Assembly (NCBI GenBank): GCA_965203175.1
Contig: OZ241867.1
Span: 672,001-736,000 of the forward strand
Length of the DNA: 64,000 bases
Direction of reading: 5' to 3'
Source of the DNA: Candidatus Latescibacterota bacterium
GTDB lineage: Bacteria > Latescibacterota > UBA2968 > UBA8231
Positions 38,602 through 48,078 of the stretch are shown here, one piece after another (within the stretch, counting starts at the first letter, position 1; every line of letters begins with the position of its first letter). The notes under the pieces were generated by a model. That model was given only the letters and a program-made list of their open reading frames with translations, was not told the DNA's origin and searched no databases. A program made the translations under genes and the position numbers.

Positions 38602-39417
38602 GTGCAACACTTGACCGACGACATGAGACACAACTGGGTGGAAAAGGGCTATATTCTGCTCAAGGGTGCCCTCACCCGCGACCAAGTCGCAGGCTATCTG
38701 GCCGCTACCGACGAAGTGATCACCAAATACCGCGAGACCCATCCCGAGGCCCGCGAGCAGGACGCCCTCAACATCATCCAGACAGTCGAGCGGTCCCCAA
38801 ATTTCGATTCGCTGATCGACCATCCTAACACCTTCGGCGTCATCGTCGACCTGATGGGCCCCTATCTCCAGATCATGGGCACGGTGATTTACGTCCGCTA
38901 TCCCAGTAGGGACATGCCCTTCGGCTGGCACACCGACGGAGGAGCCTCATTGCGCGAGTTCCGCGTCGCGCCGGACAGCTGCCCCCTCAACTTCAAGATC
39001 CAGTATTTCCTGACCGACATCCCCGCAGACAACCGGGCCAACTTCTGCTTCGTGCCCGGCAGCCATCGCCGGGATTTTCCAGAGGAGGGTTTTGCCAAGG
39101 GAGCATGGCCAGAAGGCGGCGTCCAGCTAGTCGCCGAAGCCGGCGACGCCATCATCTTCACCTACGGCCTGTGGCACGGCGTGGCCCCAAATGAGGGAGA
39201 GGACGTCCGGCGCAGCCTTACCTTTCGCTACGGGCAACTATGGTCACGGCCGTGGGACTACGATAAAGCACCGCCCGAAGTGCTGGCGCGCATGACGCCG
39301 CGCCAGCGACGCCTGATGGGCGACATCGGCCCTAATAGTGCGCCCGGCGCGTACTATGCGCCCCAGGACCAGCTCGACATCATCCTCGACGGCATTGAAG
39401 AACAGCCGGCGGGGTGA
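38602..39417 (+). CDS. PhyH-family Fe(II)/2OG oxygenase
   Basis: KGYILLKGAL, WHTDG, VPGSH, AGDAIIFTYGLWHG, RRS. Confidence 0.88.
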   Translation: MQHLTDDMRHNWVEKGYILLKGALTRDQVAGYLAATDEVITKYRETHPEAREQDALNIIQTVERSPNFDSLIDHPNTFGVIVDLMGPYLQIMGTVIYVRYPSRDMPFGWHTDGGASLREFRVAPDSCPLNFKIQYFLTDIPADNRANFCFVPGSHRRDFPEEGFAKGAWPEGGVQLVAEAGDAIIFTYGLWHGVAPNEGEDVRRSLTFRYGQLWSRPWDYDKAPPEVLARMTPRQRRLMGDIGPNSAPGAYYAPQDQLDIILDGIEEQPAG

Positions 39418-39962
39418 GCACTTCGTCTAACAAGCTTCCACTTAGAGTGCAGACGACGCGGTTGACCACCTTCGAGCGCGAACGTCACACTTGGCCCATC
39501 TCCCTGCGCCGAAAGTACTCGGTGGATCCGGGGCGAACTTGGGTCTTCACGGATGGTGGCGGTGATGGGAGGTTCTCGGCTGTCGTCGTGCGTCCGCGAA
39601 TCGAAGAGCACCGAATAGCAGGACAGCGCGAATCGCGGTCCAACAGCGTGGTTGCTGAACTCGATGGCGTCGTATTGGGCCTGGAGAATTGCCTACCGGG
39701 TGAGAGAATCGCGATCGTGTCGGACTACCTGTGGACAGCATACTACATCAATGGCTGGCGCCGCGTGCATCACCCTCGGCTGCGTGAAGGGGTTTTACAG
39801 GCGAGGACTTGTCTCGAAAAGCTACGGAGTGCCGTGTTCGTGCATTACGACCTGGAAACCGGAGGCGAATGTGCCTTCAGACGATGGAACGCTGTCGCTC
39901 ATGGCCTGTGTCAAAAGGACATGGTCGGGACCAACTCGCGTACGCGTTGCGAAATCGCTTAA
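39414..39962 (+). CDS. RNase HI-like protein
   Basis: VFTDGG, SNSVVAEL.GV..GL, IVSD..W....NGW, WNAVAHGL; GTGA overlap with the upstream gene. Confidence 0.65.
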   Translation: MSTSSNKLPLRVQTTRLTTFERERHTWPISLRRKYSVDPGRTWVFTDGGGDGRFSAVVVRPRIEEHRIAGQRESRSNSVVAELDGVVLGLENCLPGERIAIVSDYLWTAYYINGWRRVHHPRLREGVLQARTCLEKLRSAVFVHYDLETGGECAFRRWNAVAHGLCQKDMVGTNSRTRCEIA

Positions 39963-39966
39963 CATC

Positions 39967-39994
39967 GTGCCCCGGCTCTATACCATCGGGGCAC
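39967..39994. other. GC-rich hairpin after the RNase H-like gene
   Basis: GTGCCCCG-(12 nt)-CGGGGCAC with no U tract. Confidence 0.35.
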
Positions 39995-40019
39995 TAGTGC
40001 TACAACTCACCGAGTCCGC

Positions 40020-40991
40020 ATGAACAATCGCTGGAACGACATCGCCACCGCCGCCTACGGTCTCACTGATCTGCAGTTGACTGAATCGCGAGCGCATTTC
40101 AGCACTCACTTCTTCATAGAATCGTCTCAGGGACAATTCGTCCTGTCCTGCTCTCCGTTCCAAGCAGACAGAATGGTAAAGAGCTATCAGTTCCAGCTAA
40201 TGGAAGTCCTCAAAGACAACGGTTTTAGACAAGTTTCATTGCCGGTGCAGACGCTGGATGGAAGGTACTGCTACTGGGGAGGGGAAGACTGGTGGGTGTT
40301 GAACCCCTACATGCCATTCGACGAGAATCCTCCGTGGGACTCCCGTGATCTGATTGTTGAGGCAGCCCAGACGCTAGCGGCACTGCACTCGACAGGTCGC
40401 AAATACGGGGATGAACTCCGAGTTGAATCGGCAAGAGAGGACTTGGGTTGGTACTACGTACCTTCGACCAGATGGGCTGAATTGTCGCCAAAAATTGCTG
40501 GCGCTTTCCAGTGGAGCAAGCTGAGTGAAGATGACACAACATTCCTTCGATCTCAACTCCATTTCGTACAATCCAACGCCGCCGCAGTGAAATCACTATG
40601 CGATGAGCGGGGAATGCTGTCGATCACACACCAAGACTACCGCCCTGTTAACTTGCGGATATGGGAGTCGAAGATAGCCACAGTGTGGGACTTCGACATG
40701 GCCGTCATTGACTACTCGCTCTACGATGTGGCATTCGCGTCGCTCCAATTCGGCGGTCGGGAATGCCTCTTCCCCGAAGTATCGCTGGACCTCGCCAAGC
40801 AATTTATCGAGGCGTATATAGCGGCAACAGATACGCCCGAACCCGTTGGGGAAGAGGATGTCTTCCGGTGGTTTCTAACAGTAGCTGTGCTACGACGACT
40901 TCTATTGAACTATCACATCCCAGAGAGGATGGAGTTGCTACGGAAAATTGCGAGTTGGGATTGGCTGAATCGCATTGGCACTCTGACATGA
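40020..40991 (+). CDS. Aminoglycoside phosphotransferase/kinase-like family protein
   Basis: LAALH, THQDYRPVN (Brenner motif), WDFD, YDVA. Confidence 0.8.
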   Translation: MNNRWNDIATAAYGLTDLQLTESRAHFSTHFFIESSQGQFVLSCSPFQADRMVKSYQFQLMEVLKDNGFRQVSLPVQTLDGRYCYWGGEDWWVLNPYMPFDENPPWDSRDLIVEAAQTLAALHSTGRKYGDELRVESAREDLGWYYVPSTRWAELSPKIAGAFQWSKLSEDDTTFLRSQLHFVQSNAAAVKSLCDERGMLSITHQDYRPVNLRIWESKIATVWDFDMAVIDYSLYDVAFASLQFGGRECLFPEVSLDLAKQFIEAYIAATDTPEPVGEEDVFRWFLTVAVLRRLLLNYHIPERMELLRKIASWDWLNRIGTLT

Positions 40992-42052
40992 TAAAAATTC
41001 TCTCAGAAGATCAGTTGAAAGCCATTTCTCGGGCTTATTCAGGATTGTCCCGTGAACGACTCAGATTATCATCATCTGAAGTACAAGAACTATTGATGCA
41101 GGATTTGCCAGACGTTCAAGTATCTCAGCTAAAGCAATTTCCGCTAGGCGGCCCCAATGAATTATATCGGCTTCTTCTGGAAGACTCAGAACGAGAATTG
41201 TCTCTTAAAATTGTAAACAAAGGCGCAGAGTCTAAACATGATGGTTATCTCTGTGCCCGAGAAGCCTTTGCTCTTACTCTGGCATCAAATGCTCAGGTGC
41301 CTGTCCCCTCAGTCTACGTTTCCCATTCTGGCGGTAAGAATCTTGGGCGTCCATATTTAGTTACCGAATGTGTAAGGGGTGAGCCGCTGGTAATGATTCT
41401 TTCGAAACTTTCAGAAAATTGTCTTCGGCAAATCGGATACGAAGTGGGCGAAGCTGTTGCAACACTCCATAGCATAACCTTTCGTTTCCATGGAGATCTA
41501 CCGATCCCTGATTGGTCTTTGCCGATTCCACATTTCAAACCTGTTCTTTGGAGTATTGAAGGAACCTCTGATGAGGTATTTATACACAGGGTTACTTTCA
41601 TCCTCGACTTGTATAGGAAACACGGCATTCTGTCGAAGGATGACTGTGAAAATTTGGAGCATTGTTTTCAAAAAAGAGCTAGGACATTACTGTCTTCAGA
41701 AGCATCTTCTTGTCTTGTTCAAGCAGATATCGATCCCAAGAATATCCTGATTTCTCAAGGGAAAGATGGGTGGAGCTTTGCGGGCTTGGTAGACTTCGAC
41801 CGCGCATTAGCTTTGCTCCCAGAGGCGGATCTTGGAATTATGAAAAATCGTTGGATCGCTGGTGCCTCTGAGGATCGAGTGAAGGCATTCAACAATTTCC
41901 AAGAGAGCTTTCTGGAGGGCTATCGGTCGGATGTCAATCTCTTGCCGGGATGGCAAGAAAGAGCAGAGCTTTTCTTTGCGTTGGAGTCTTTGGAGAGAAT
42001 CTACAGTAAGGATGCTAGAGATTATCTATCCAACTATGCAAAACTAGATTGA
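40988..42052 (+). CDS. Aminoglycoside phosphotransferase family protein (354 aa)
   Basis: ATGA overlap at 40988; VPVP.V, GRPYLVTECVRG, LVQADIDPKNIL, LVDFD. Confidence 0.8.
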   Translation: MIKILSEDQLKAISRAYSGLSRERLRLSSSEVQELLMQDLPDVQVSQLKQFPLGGPNELYRLLLEDSERELSLKIVNKGAESKHDGYLCAREAFALTLASNAQVPVPSVYVSHSGGKNLGRPYLVTECVRGEPLVMILSKLSENCLRQIGYEVGEAVATLHSITFRFHGDLPIPDWSLPIPHFKPVLWSIEGTSDEVFIHRVTFILDLYRKHGILSKDDCENLEHCFQKRARTLLSSEASSCLVQADIDPKNILISQGKDGWSFAGLVDFDRALALLPEADLGIMKNRWIAGASEDRVKAFNNFQESFLEGYRSDVNLLPGWQERAELFFALESLERIYSKDARDYLSNYAKLD

Positions 42053-42146
42053 GGGAAGAAAGCCCTCTTCGCGTACCGCCCTAGCACGCCTATCTCACCC
42101 CAGCGTACATCATCGCTTAACACGTCCGTTTCGGTAATAAATATAA

Positions 42147-43046
42147 ATGACAGAGATTCGTCTCAAATCGCTTCCTGATACTGATGATTACTGGCAATAC
42201 CAGTTTGATGACATGGTATTTCGCACGGAATCCTTGTCTAAATCGGATCACCAACGAATTATCCCTCTGGGACAAGCCAGCGGCATCCTAATGGCTTACA
42301 TGGCGCGGCATCGCGATCTCTTGCAAGGGAAAAGAGTTATTGAGCCTTTTGCAGGCAGTGGTCCACTAGGTCTTTTAGCGCTTCACCTAGGTGCAGAATC
42401 GGCTCATTTTGTCGATCTCAATCCCAGAGTCAGCGATTTTATTCATCACAATGCAATGGAAAACGGGATTCCCGATCATCGCTATGCAGTCCATATATCT
42501 GGTATAGAGCGGTTTCATCTCCAGAAGCCGTTCGATTGGCTCTTTGCCAATCCCCCTTTCGTCCCCACTCCTCCCAAGGTCCCAGGCGTCCTTCATTCAT
42601 CGGCTGGGCCGGATGGGAATCGTTTAGCGGAAGTTCTGATACGACGGATTCCACAATTACTTCACACGACCGGCGAAGCCTTAATCTATCTCCTGCAATT
42701 GGAAGTAGATGGACGCCCATTAGCATCCTTCGCTTGCGAGGAATTTTTGCCGGATCGGTCCGTCGAATTTACTAGGGGCTGGCAGTATCAACTCCCCTTC
42801 GAGAGCCTAGTTACAGCCTACCTCGACCAACTCCCCGAACAAAAATCCGCGATCGATGAGTGGTCTTCTTCTATAGCGGAAAAATGGGGAGAAGAGCTGA
42901 CCTTAGATTCGTATGTGATCCACATTGGGCCTATGGGAGCGCAGCCTGGAATACGCATCCGCAACTATGACGGAACAAAGTATGGCAGTGGTTTTTTTAA
43001 TTCTCGTGATTCTTTGCAAGAGGTTGTTGCGGAGAACTTAATTTGA
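42147..43046 (+). CDS. Class I SAM-dependent N-methyltransferase (NPPF type)
   Basis: EPFAGSGPLGL, VDLNP, ANPPFVP, AGPDG. Confidence 0.8.
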   Translation: MTEIRLKSLPDTDDYWQYQFDDMVFRTESLSKSDHQRIIPLGQASGILMAYMARHRDLLQGKRVIEPFAGSGPLGLLALHLGAESAHFVDLNPRVSDFIHHNAMENGIPDHRYAVHISGIERFHLQKPFDWLFANPPFVPTPPKVPGVLHSSAGPDGNRLAEVLIRRIPQLLHTTGEALIYLLQLEVDGRPLASFACEEFLPDRSVEFTRGWQYQLPFESLVTAYLDQLPEQKSAIDEWSSSIAEKWGEELTLDSYVIHIGPMGAQPGIRIRNYDGTKYGSGFFNSRDSLQEVVAENLI

Positions 43047-43133
43047 CGAGCCGTCACTATAGTTCTACAGCTTGATACCTGCTATATTGCATCAAACACT
43101 AAAGTGCCTATTTTCCGCAAACCGGAGCCGCCC

Positions 43134-44402
43134 ATGACATCCAATACCGCTACCGTCCATCGACGACGCGAGCACGCGCGCTACGGGGCCGCATCCCAGC
43201 AGAAGTTCGACGGACCGCTGCCGCAGCCCTTTCCCCGCGAGATCGGCCCGCGCGCCATAGAATACCTAGCCGAGGTCGTCGATTCCGGTCTCACCTGCGA
43301 CATGGTGGGCCGGTTCGAGCAAGCCTTCGCCGAAACCCACGGCGTCGCACACTGCATCGCCACGCCGGGCTGCACGCCAGCCTTGGCCGTGCTGGCCGCA
43401 GCCTTCGGCTTCGAGCCCGGCGACGAAATCGTAGTCAGCTCGGTCAGCGACTACGGCACCGTGCAGGGCCTGATCAGCGCCGGCTACATCCCCGTGTTTG
43501 CCGACGCCGCACCCGGCACCATCAACGTCAATGCCGAGACCATTGAGGCGTGCATTTCCGAGCGCACGCGGGCGATCCTCGTCGTGCACCTGACCGGCCT
43601 GATCTGCGACATGGACGCCATCAACGAAGTCGCCGCGCGCCGCGGCCTAGTGGTCTATGAGGACGCCTGCCAAGCGGTCTTCGGCCGCTACAAGGGCCGC
43701 TACGCCGGCACCCTATCGACAGCGGGTGCCTTTTCCTTCGACTCGGAGAAAACCATGGGCTCCGACGTGGGCGGCTGCATCCTCACCAACGACGACGCGC
43801 TAGCCGAGCGGGCACGCTTCGTCGGCCAGAGCCGCGGCGGAGAGATGGTCGAGCACTTCGGGCGCGTACACACGGTCAACGGCTTCGCCCACCGCATGAC
43901 CCAATCGACCGCGGCGATCTGCCTAGCCCAGCTAGAAATCATCCAGCCGCAGGTAGAGAAGCGCGATCGCATGATCCGTCTGCTAAGCACACTCCTCGAT
44001 GAAATTCCAGGCGTGTCGGCGTTGCCGATCCCACCGGAGACCGAGGTCTATTCCTGCTGGATGGCAGGATTTGCCATCGACCTCGACCAGTTCCGGTGTG
44101 ACGCAGAGGAGTTCGGCGCGCAGGTAGCAGCCGCCGGCATCCCAGGAGCGAGCCAAGCGCGCTACTATCTGCTGCCAGCGGCCCTGCCCTATCTCACCGA
44201 AGCAGCCGAGCGCCAGCGTTTCCCGTACTCGCAACCACCGGCGTCGCGCACCTACCGCTACGACGCAACGTGCTGTCCAAATGCACACAAACTGCTAGAG
44301 CGCTTCATCCGCTGGAGCACGTTCTGCGATAAGTACGAGCCCTACCACTGCGAGCAGGCGGCCGCAATCGTGCGCCGCGTCGCCGACGAGTACCGGCTAT
44401 GA
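43134..44402 (+). CDS. DegT/DnrJ/EryC1/StrS family PLP aminotransferase
   Basis: PGDEIVV, PVFAD, VVHLTG, EDACQA, FSFDSEKTM..GG; RBS GGAG. Confidence 0.9.
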   Translation: MTSNTATVHRRREHARYGAASQQKFDGPLPQPFPREIGPRAIEYLAEVVDSGLTCDMVGRFEQAFAETHGVAHCIATPGCTPALAVLAAAFGFEPGDEIVVSSVSDYGTVQGLISAGYIPVFADAAPGTINVNAETIEACISERTRAILVVHLTGLICDMDAINEVAARRGLVVYEDACQAVFGRYKGRYAGTLSTAGAFSFDSEKTMGSDVGGCILTNDDALAERARFVGQSRGGEMVEHFGRVHTVNGFAHRMTQSTAAICLAQLEIIQPQVEKRDRMIRLLSTLLDEIPGVSALPIPPETEVYSCWMAGFAIDLDQFRCDAEEFGAQVAAAGIPGASQARYYLLPAALPYLTEAAERQRFPYSQPPASRTYRYDATCCPNAHKLLERFIRWSTFCDKYEPYHCEQAAAIVRRVADEYRL

Positions 44403-45175
44403 CAGATAACGCGCTACAACTCGCCGCCCGTTACTACCGGGCCTTGCCGATTGATCGCCCTGGATACGAACAGGTCACCTTGTCGCTGCCAGTGGACAAG
44501 ACAGCCTTGGTGGGCATGCACTGCTGGAACATCGGCTGCCCCGACGGGCCGCCCGTGGACGTCAACTACTGCGTCGGCATGGGTTGGCCCCAGTCAACAG
44601 AGGAGGCCGGGCGCATCATGGCCGAGGTCATCCGCCCGGCCATGGACGCGGCCCGCGCAATTGGGATGCCGGTCTGCCACGTCGAGACGGACTGGATGGA
44701 CCACCAGTATCCCCACATCGAGTCGCGGCGCTCGGGGGAGTCGGGATCCGTGCACCCACACCAACAGGAAATGCTCGAACGAGCCCACGGCGTCGGCTAC
44801 ATGGAGCGCTCACCGCTAGCGCAGATGCGGCGCGCCGAAATCGTTTCCCCGGTTGGAGACGAGCCCCTCTTTTTCTACTCCGACGTGCTAGACGAATACC
44901 TGCGCAGCCGCGGCGTGGATACACTGATCTACATGGGGTTCGCAGCCGACATGTGCCTGCTCGGTGCCGAGGGGGGAGCGCGGCCCATGCTGGCGCGCGG
45001 CTATCGCTGCGTGGTGATACGCGATGCGACTGTCGGAGTGGAGACGCCAGCGTCGTTCCCGCAGCGATTATCGACCAACTACGCCCTCCACATCTTCGAG
45101 TGGACCTTGGGCTTCGGCTGCACCTTCGCGCAATTCCAACAAGCCATCGATCAGATGAAAGGTAAGCAGCCATGA
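44399..45175 (+). CDS. Isochorismatase/cysteine hydrolase family protein
   Basis: KTALVGMHCWN, LRSRGVDTLIYMGFAADMC, RGYRCVVIRDAT; ATGA overlap. Confidence 0.8.
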   Translation: MTDNALQLAARYYRALPIDRPGYEQVTLSLPVDKTALVGMHCWNIGCPDGPPVDVNYCVGMGWPQSTEEAGRIMAEVIRPAMDAARAIGMPVCHVETDWMDHQYPHIESRRSGESGSVHPHQQEMLERAHGVGYMERSPLAQMRRAEIVSPVGDEPLFFYSDVLDEYLRSRGVDTLIYMGFAADMCLLGAEGGARPMLARGYRCVVIRDATVGVETPASFPQRLSTNYALHIFEWTLGFGCTFAQFQQAIDQMKGKQP

Positions 45176-46176
45176 GCTTGAGCATCTGTCCGTGGAAGTA
45201 CGGCAAGCGCTGGGTTTACTCGATCACCTACGACGAGGCCCTAGCCGACCTGCACCGCTTCGCCATCCCCATGCACGAGGAGTACAGCATCCCCGGCCAC
45301 GTAGAACTGCTCGTCGGCCAGATGGGTGAGATTCGCAAAGCCGGCAACTCCAGCTACAACGGCTACCGCCACATGAACGCAGACGAGTTGCGCGACCTAC
45401 TCGCCCGCGGCTGGGGCGTGGGCAACCACTCGTGGACCCACGAAATCATCACTCCAGAGATGGTGGATCAGGAAATCGGCCACGCCAAGCAAGTGCTGGA
45501 GGAAACCCTCGGCGAACCGATAATCCTCTACTGCTCGCCCGGCAACAACACGAACATGGCCGACCACGTCCTCGAAGCCTGCCGCCGCTACGGCTACCTA
45601 GGCGCCATGAGCCTGACGGACGCGCTCAACCTGCCCGAGGACGAGCTGTTCTGGATCAACCGCACAGCGCTGCACGACCACTACTACGAGCCGTTCTACA
45701 GCGCCTACGACCCGTACCGCAACATCCGCCAAGCACAAGCCGTGCAGGGCTGGCTCATCGACTATTGCCACTGTCCGCTGGAAACAGCCGTGCATCCCAA
45801 CAAGGATTGCTCCGAGGCCCAGCTACGGCAGCGCTTTGAGACGGTGCTGTCCGAGGGAGGCGATGCGGTCTGGTGCGCAGTGCCCGAAGAGGCGCTCAGC
45901 TACCATCTGATGCGGCGTCACGCTCAGATCGAAGCCGTGGACGGCGGTGCCGAAGCGCAGCACTTTCGCATCGGCCTGCCGGAGTTGCCCGGGCAGGTGC
46001 CGTACCGCACCCTGACTCTAGAGGCTAACGTACCAGCGGCTTGGTGCCGCGACCCCCGCGTAGTAGTGGACGGGCGGGAGCTAGGAGCGGAGGTCGTGCG
46101 ACCCGGCGTGTTGCGGGTGACGACGCCGGTGCGGGACGGAACTCAGGTCGAGGTGCGGGCTACGCCGCGCCCTTGA
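45172..46176 (+). CDS. Polysaccharide deacetylase (NodB-like) family protein
   Basis: SITYDEA, GWGVGNHSWTH; ATGA overlap. Confidence 0.8.
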   Translation: MSLSICPWKYGKRWVYSITYDEALADLHRFAIPMHEEYSIPGHVELLVGQMGEIRKAGNSSYNGYRHMNADELRDLLARGWGVGNHSWTHEIITPEMVDQEIGHAKQVLEETLGEPIILYCSPGNNTNMADHVLEACRRYGYLGAMSLTDALNLPEDELFWINRTALHDHYYEPFYSAYDPYRNIRQAQAVQGWLIDYCHCPLETAVHPNKDCSEAQLRQRFETVLSEGGDAVWCAVPEEALSYHLMRRHAQIEAVDGGAEAQHFRIGLPELPGQVPYRTLTLEANVPAAWCRDPRVVVDGRELGAEVVRPGVLRVTTPVRDGTQVEVRATPRP

Positions 46177-46247
46177 CAGATTTCTCTACTCGTTATACTC
46201 GGATATCAGCAGTTAACTGAAAGCAGCAAAAAAGAAAGGAATTCAGA

Positions 46248-47360
46248 ATGGGTTACCCCGCAATTGACCAACCGGCCCCCGCGATCGAGGTCAGTGAATG
46301 GATTAGCGGTAAGCCAGAAAAAGAAAATGGATTTTCTGGCAAGAATGTAATCCTTGAATTCTGGGGCACTCATTGTGGACCGTGTATCGCCGCCATACCT
46401 CATCTCAATGAACTCGTCGCCACGTATGGCAGTAAGGACACCCTTTTTGTCTCGTTGACCCGTGAAGAGCCCCACATCATAGAACGCTTCCTGGAAAAAA
46501 GGCCGATAAAGGGCGGAGTCGCCACAGATCGAGAGGATGCAACGTTCAATGCCTATGGGATACAAAGTATCCCTCATACCTTTCTCATAGACTCACAAGG
46601 TTTACTTCGTTGGCACGGTCATCCAGCTTTTTTTACCGCAGAATTGTTAGAAGAGTTTCTCCAGACGGACAACGTGCCCAAAGTAGACGAACCAACCACC
46701 TCTTCAGAAACCGTGCCGGCGGTCACTCCAGACACCCTGTTTTTTCTAAAAATTGATCGAAATGCTTCCGATCGCAGAGAGGCTAGTTTGGGTATTGGCG
46801 ACGAGCAATTCGAGGCAGAATTTTACGGGCATCGAGTGATCGATGTGATTCGCTGGCTATTGGATCGTCCCCTCTCCCGGATGCGGATTGAAGGGGAAGA
46901 GCCAGAAGAGCTGTTGGACATTGAGTTGCGTTCTTTCCATCCCTTGAAAACAAAGGCGGCAAGAGAAAGAGCGGTAGACGTGCTGTGCGACATGTTTGGC
47001 ATCGCGATTTGTCGTGTTGTGGAACAACGGGAAGGATGGACGCTAACCTGTTCTAACCCTCAATTGACGGATGTATCTGACTTGGGCGGCGGCATGTCCA
47101 CGGGCGGGTTCAATAATAAGTTTACCGGCTCCAATCTCACGATAAATCAGCTTACCGATTACCTTGAGAGTTCGATGAAATGCATATTTTTCAACGAAAC
47201 ACACTTGGCAGGGAAATATGACTTTGTATTGCCGGTTAAAACCTTTGATCAGACACGGCGAGCTTTAGAAGAAGAGTACGGCATCAAAGTCGAATCGGCA
47301 GTACGCGAAGTAGAAATAGTGATTCTGCGCATGACGGATGCCGCTATCAGGGCTTCCTGA
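46248..47360 (+). CDS. TlpA/redoxin domain protein with DUF3738-like C-terminal domain
   Basis: LEFWGTHCGPC, IPHTFLID..G; C-terminal NETHLAGKYDF..L...YGI. Confidence 0.8.
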   Translation: MGYPAIDQPAPAIEVSEWISGKPEKENGFSGKNVILEFWGTHCGPCIAAIPHLNELVATYGSKDTLFVSLTREEPHIIERFLEKRPIKGGVATDREDATFNAYGIQSIPHTFLIDSQGLLRWHGHPAFFTAELLEEFLQTDNVPKVDEPTTSSETVPAVTPDTLFFLKIDRNASDRREASLGIGDEQFEAEFYGHRVIDVIRWLLDRPLSRMRIEGEEPEELLDIELRSFHPLKTKAARERAVDVLCDMFGIAICRVVEQREGWTLTCSNPQLTDVSDLGGGMSTGGFNNKFTGSNLTINQLTDYLESSMKCIFFNETHLAGKYDFVLPVKTFDQTRRALEEEYGIKVESAVREVEIVILRMTDAAIRAS

Positions 47361-47372
47361 CCGACAGAACTC

Positions 47373-48059
47373 ATGTCAAACGACTTTGATTTTGACGGAG
47401 CCGTCCCGCCATGGGGCCGTAGCGCAGCCGAATACGAGGCGTTCTTCGCCTTATCTGACGTTCCGCCATCTGCGCGCATATTGGACTGCGGGGGTGGACC
47501 GTCGTCGTTCGCTGCGGAATGGAGTAGAAATGGACGATACGTCGTCGCCGCTGACCCCATGTACAGGTTTCCCGCCAGAGATTTTCTAGCCGACTTCGAT
47601 CTCACAGCGGCACAGATGCTCGCGGGAATGCAGAAGGCCCGGAACAGGTTCAAGTGGGATTACTACGGCAGCCCAGAAAATGTCGTCCAACGCCGGCGCG
47701 ACGTTCTCACATCCTTCATTGCCGATTTTCAGGCGGCGACGCGGAGGGGTCGCTACGTATCTGCCTGCCTACCGGAATTGCCTTTCCTGTCGGAATCCTT
47801 CGATCTCGTACTTTGTTCTCATCTACTATTTCTCTACTCTGCCGAATTCGACGCAGCAACCCACCTCTCCTTCCTGCGGGAATTGCTTCGCGTAGGTCGA
47901 GAGGTTCGCGTATTTCCATTGCTCGACATGGATGGGAACCCTTCCGCGCATTTGGATAACACCATTCAGGCCCTGCGAGCGTCAACACGCGTTGAGCTTG
48001 TTCCACTGTCTTTCGAGTTTCGGTCTGGCGATTCGAAAATGCTGCGTTTAAAGCCTTAG
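47373..48059 (+). CDS. Class I SAM-dependent methyltransferase
   Basis: ILDCGGGPSSF, LPELPF..SFDLVLCSHLLFLYS, EVRVFPL. Confidence 0.85.
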   Translation: MSNDFDFDGAVPPWGRSAAEYEAFFALSDVPPSARILDCGGGPSSFAAEWSRNGRYVVAADPMYRFPARDFLADFDLTAAQMLAGMQKARNRFKWDYYGSPENVVQRRRDVLTSFIADFQAATRRGRYVSACLPELPFLSESFDLVLCSHLLFLYSAEFDAATHLSFLRELLRVGREVRVFPLLDMDGNPSAHLDNTIQALRASTRVELVPLSFEFRSGDSKMLRLKP

Positions 48060-48078
48060 CGGAATGTCGCTAAGGCCC

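Noticed and set aside
39954-42122. 11-bp repeat ATCGCTTAACA flanking the two APH-like genes as a possible target-site duplication
   Set aside because: Short enough to arise by chance, one copy is mostly coding, and there are no element ends or recombinase.
33798-43133. Integron cassette array (RYYYAAC-like motifs at stops, e.g. ACCTAAC near 35563 and GCTTAAC near 39957)
   Set aside because: No matching GTTRRRY ends or attC-length imperfect palindromes, no shared spacer sequence and no integrase in the window.
46173-46199. TTGACA..TATACT promoter overlapping the deacetylase stop codon
   Set aside because: The spacer is only 15 bp; plausible but not supportable without transcript data.
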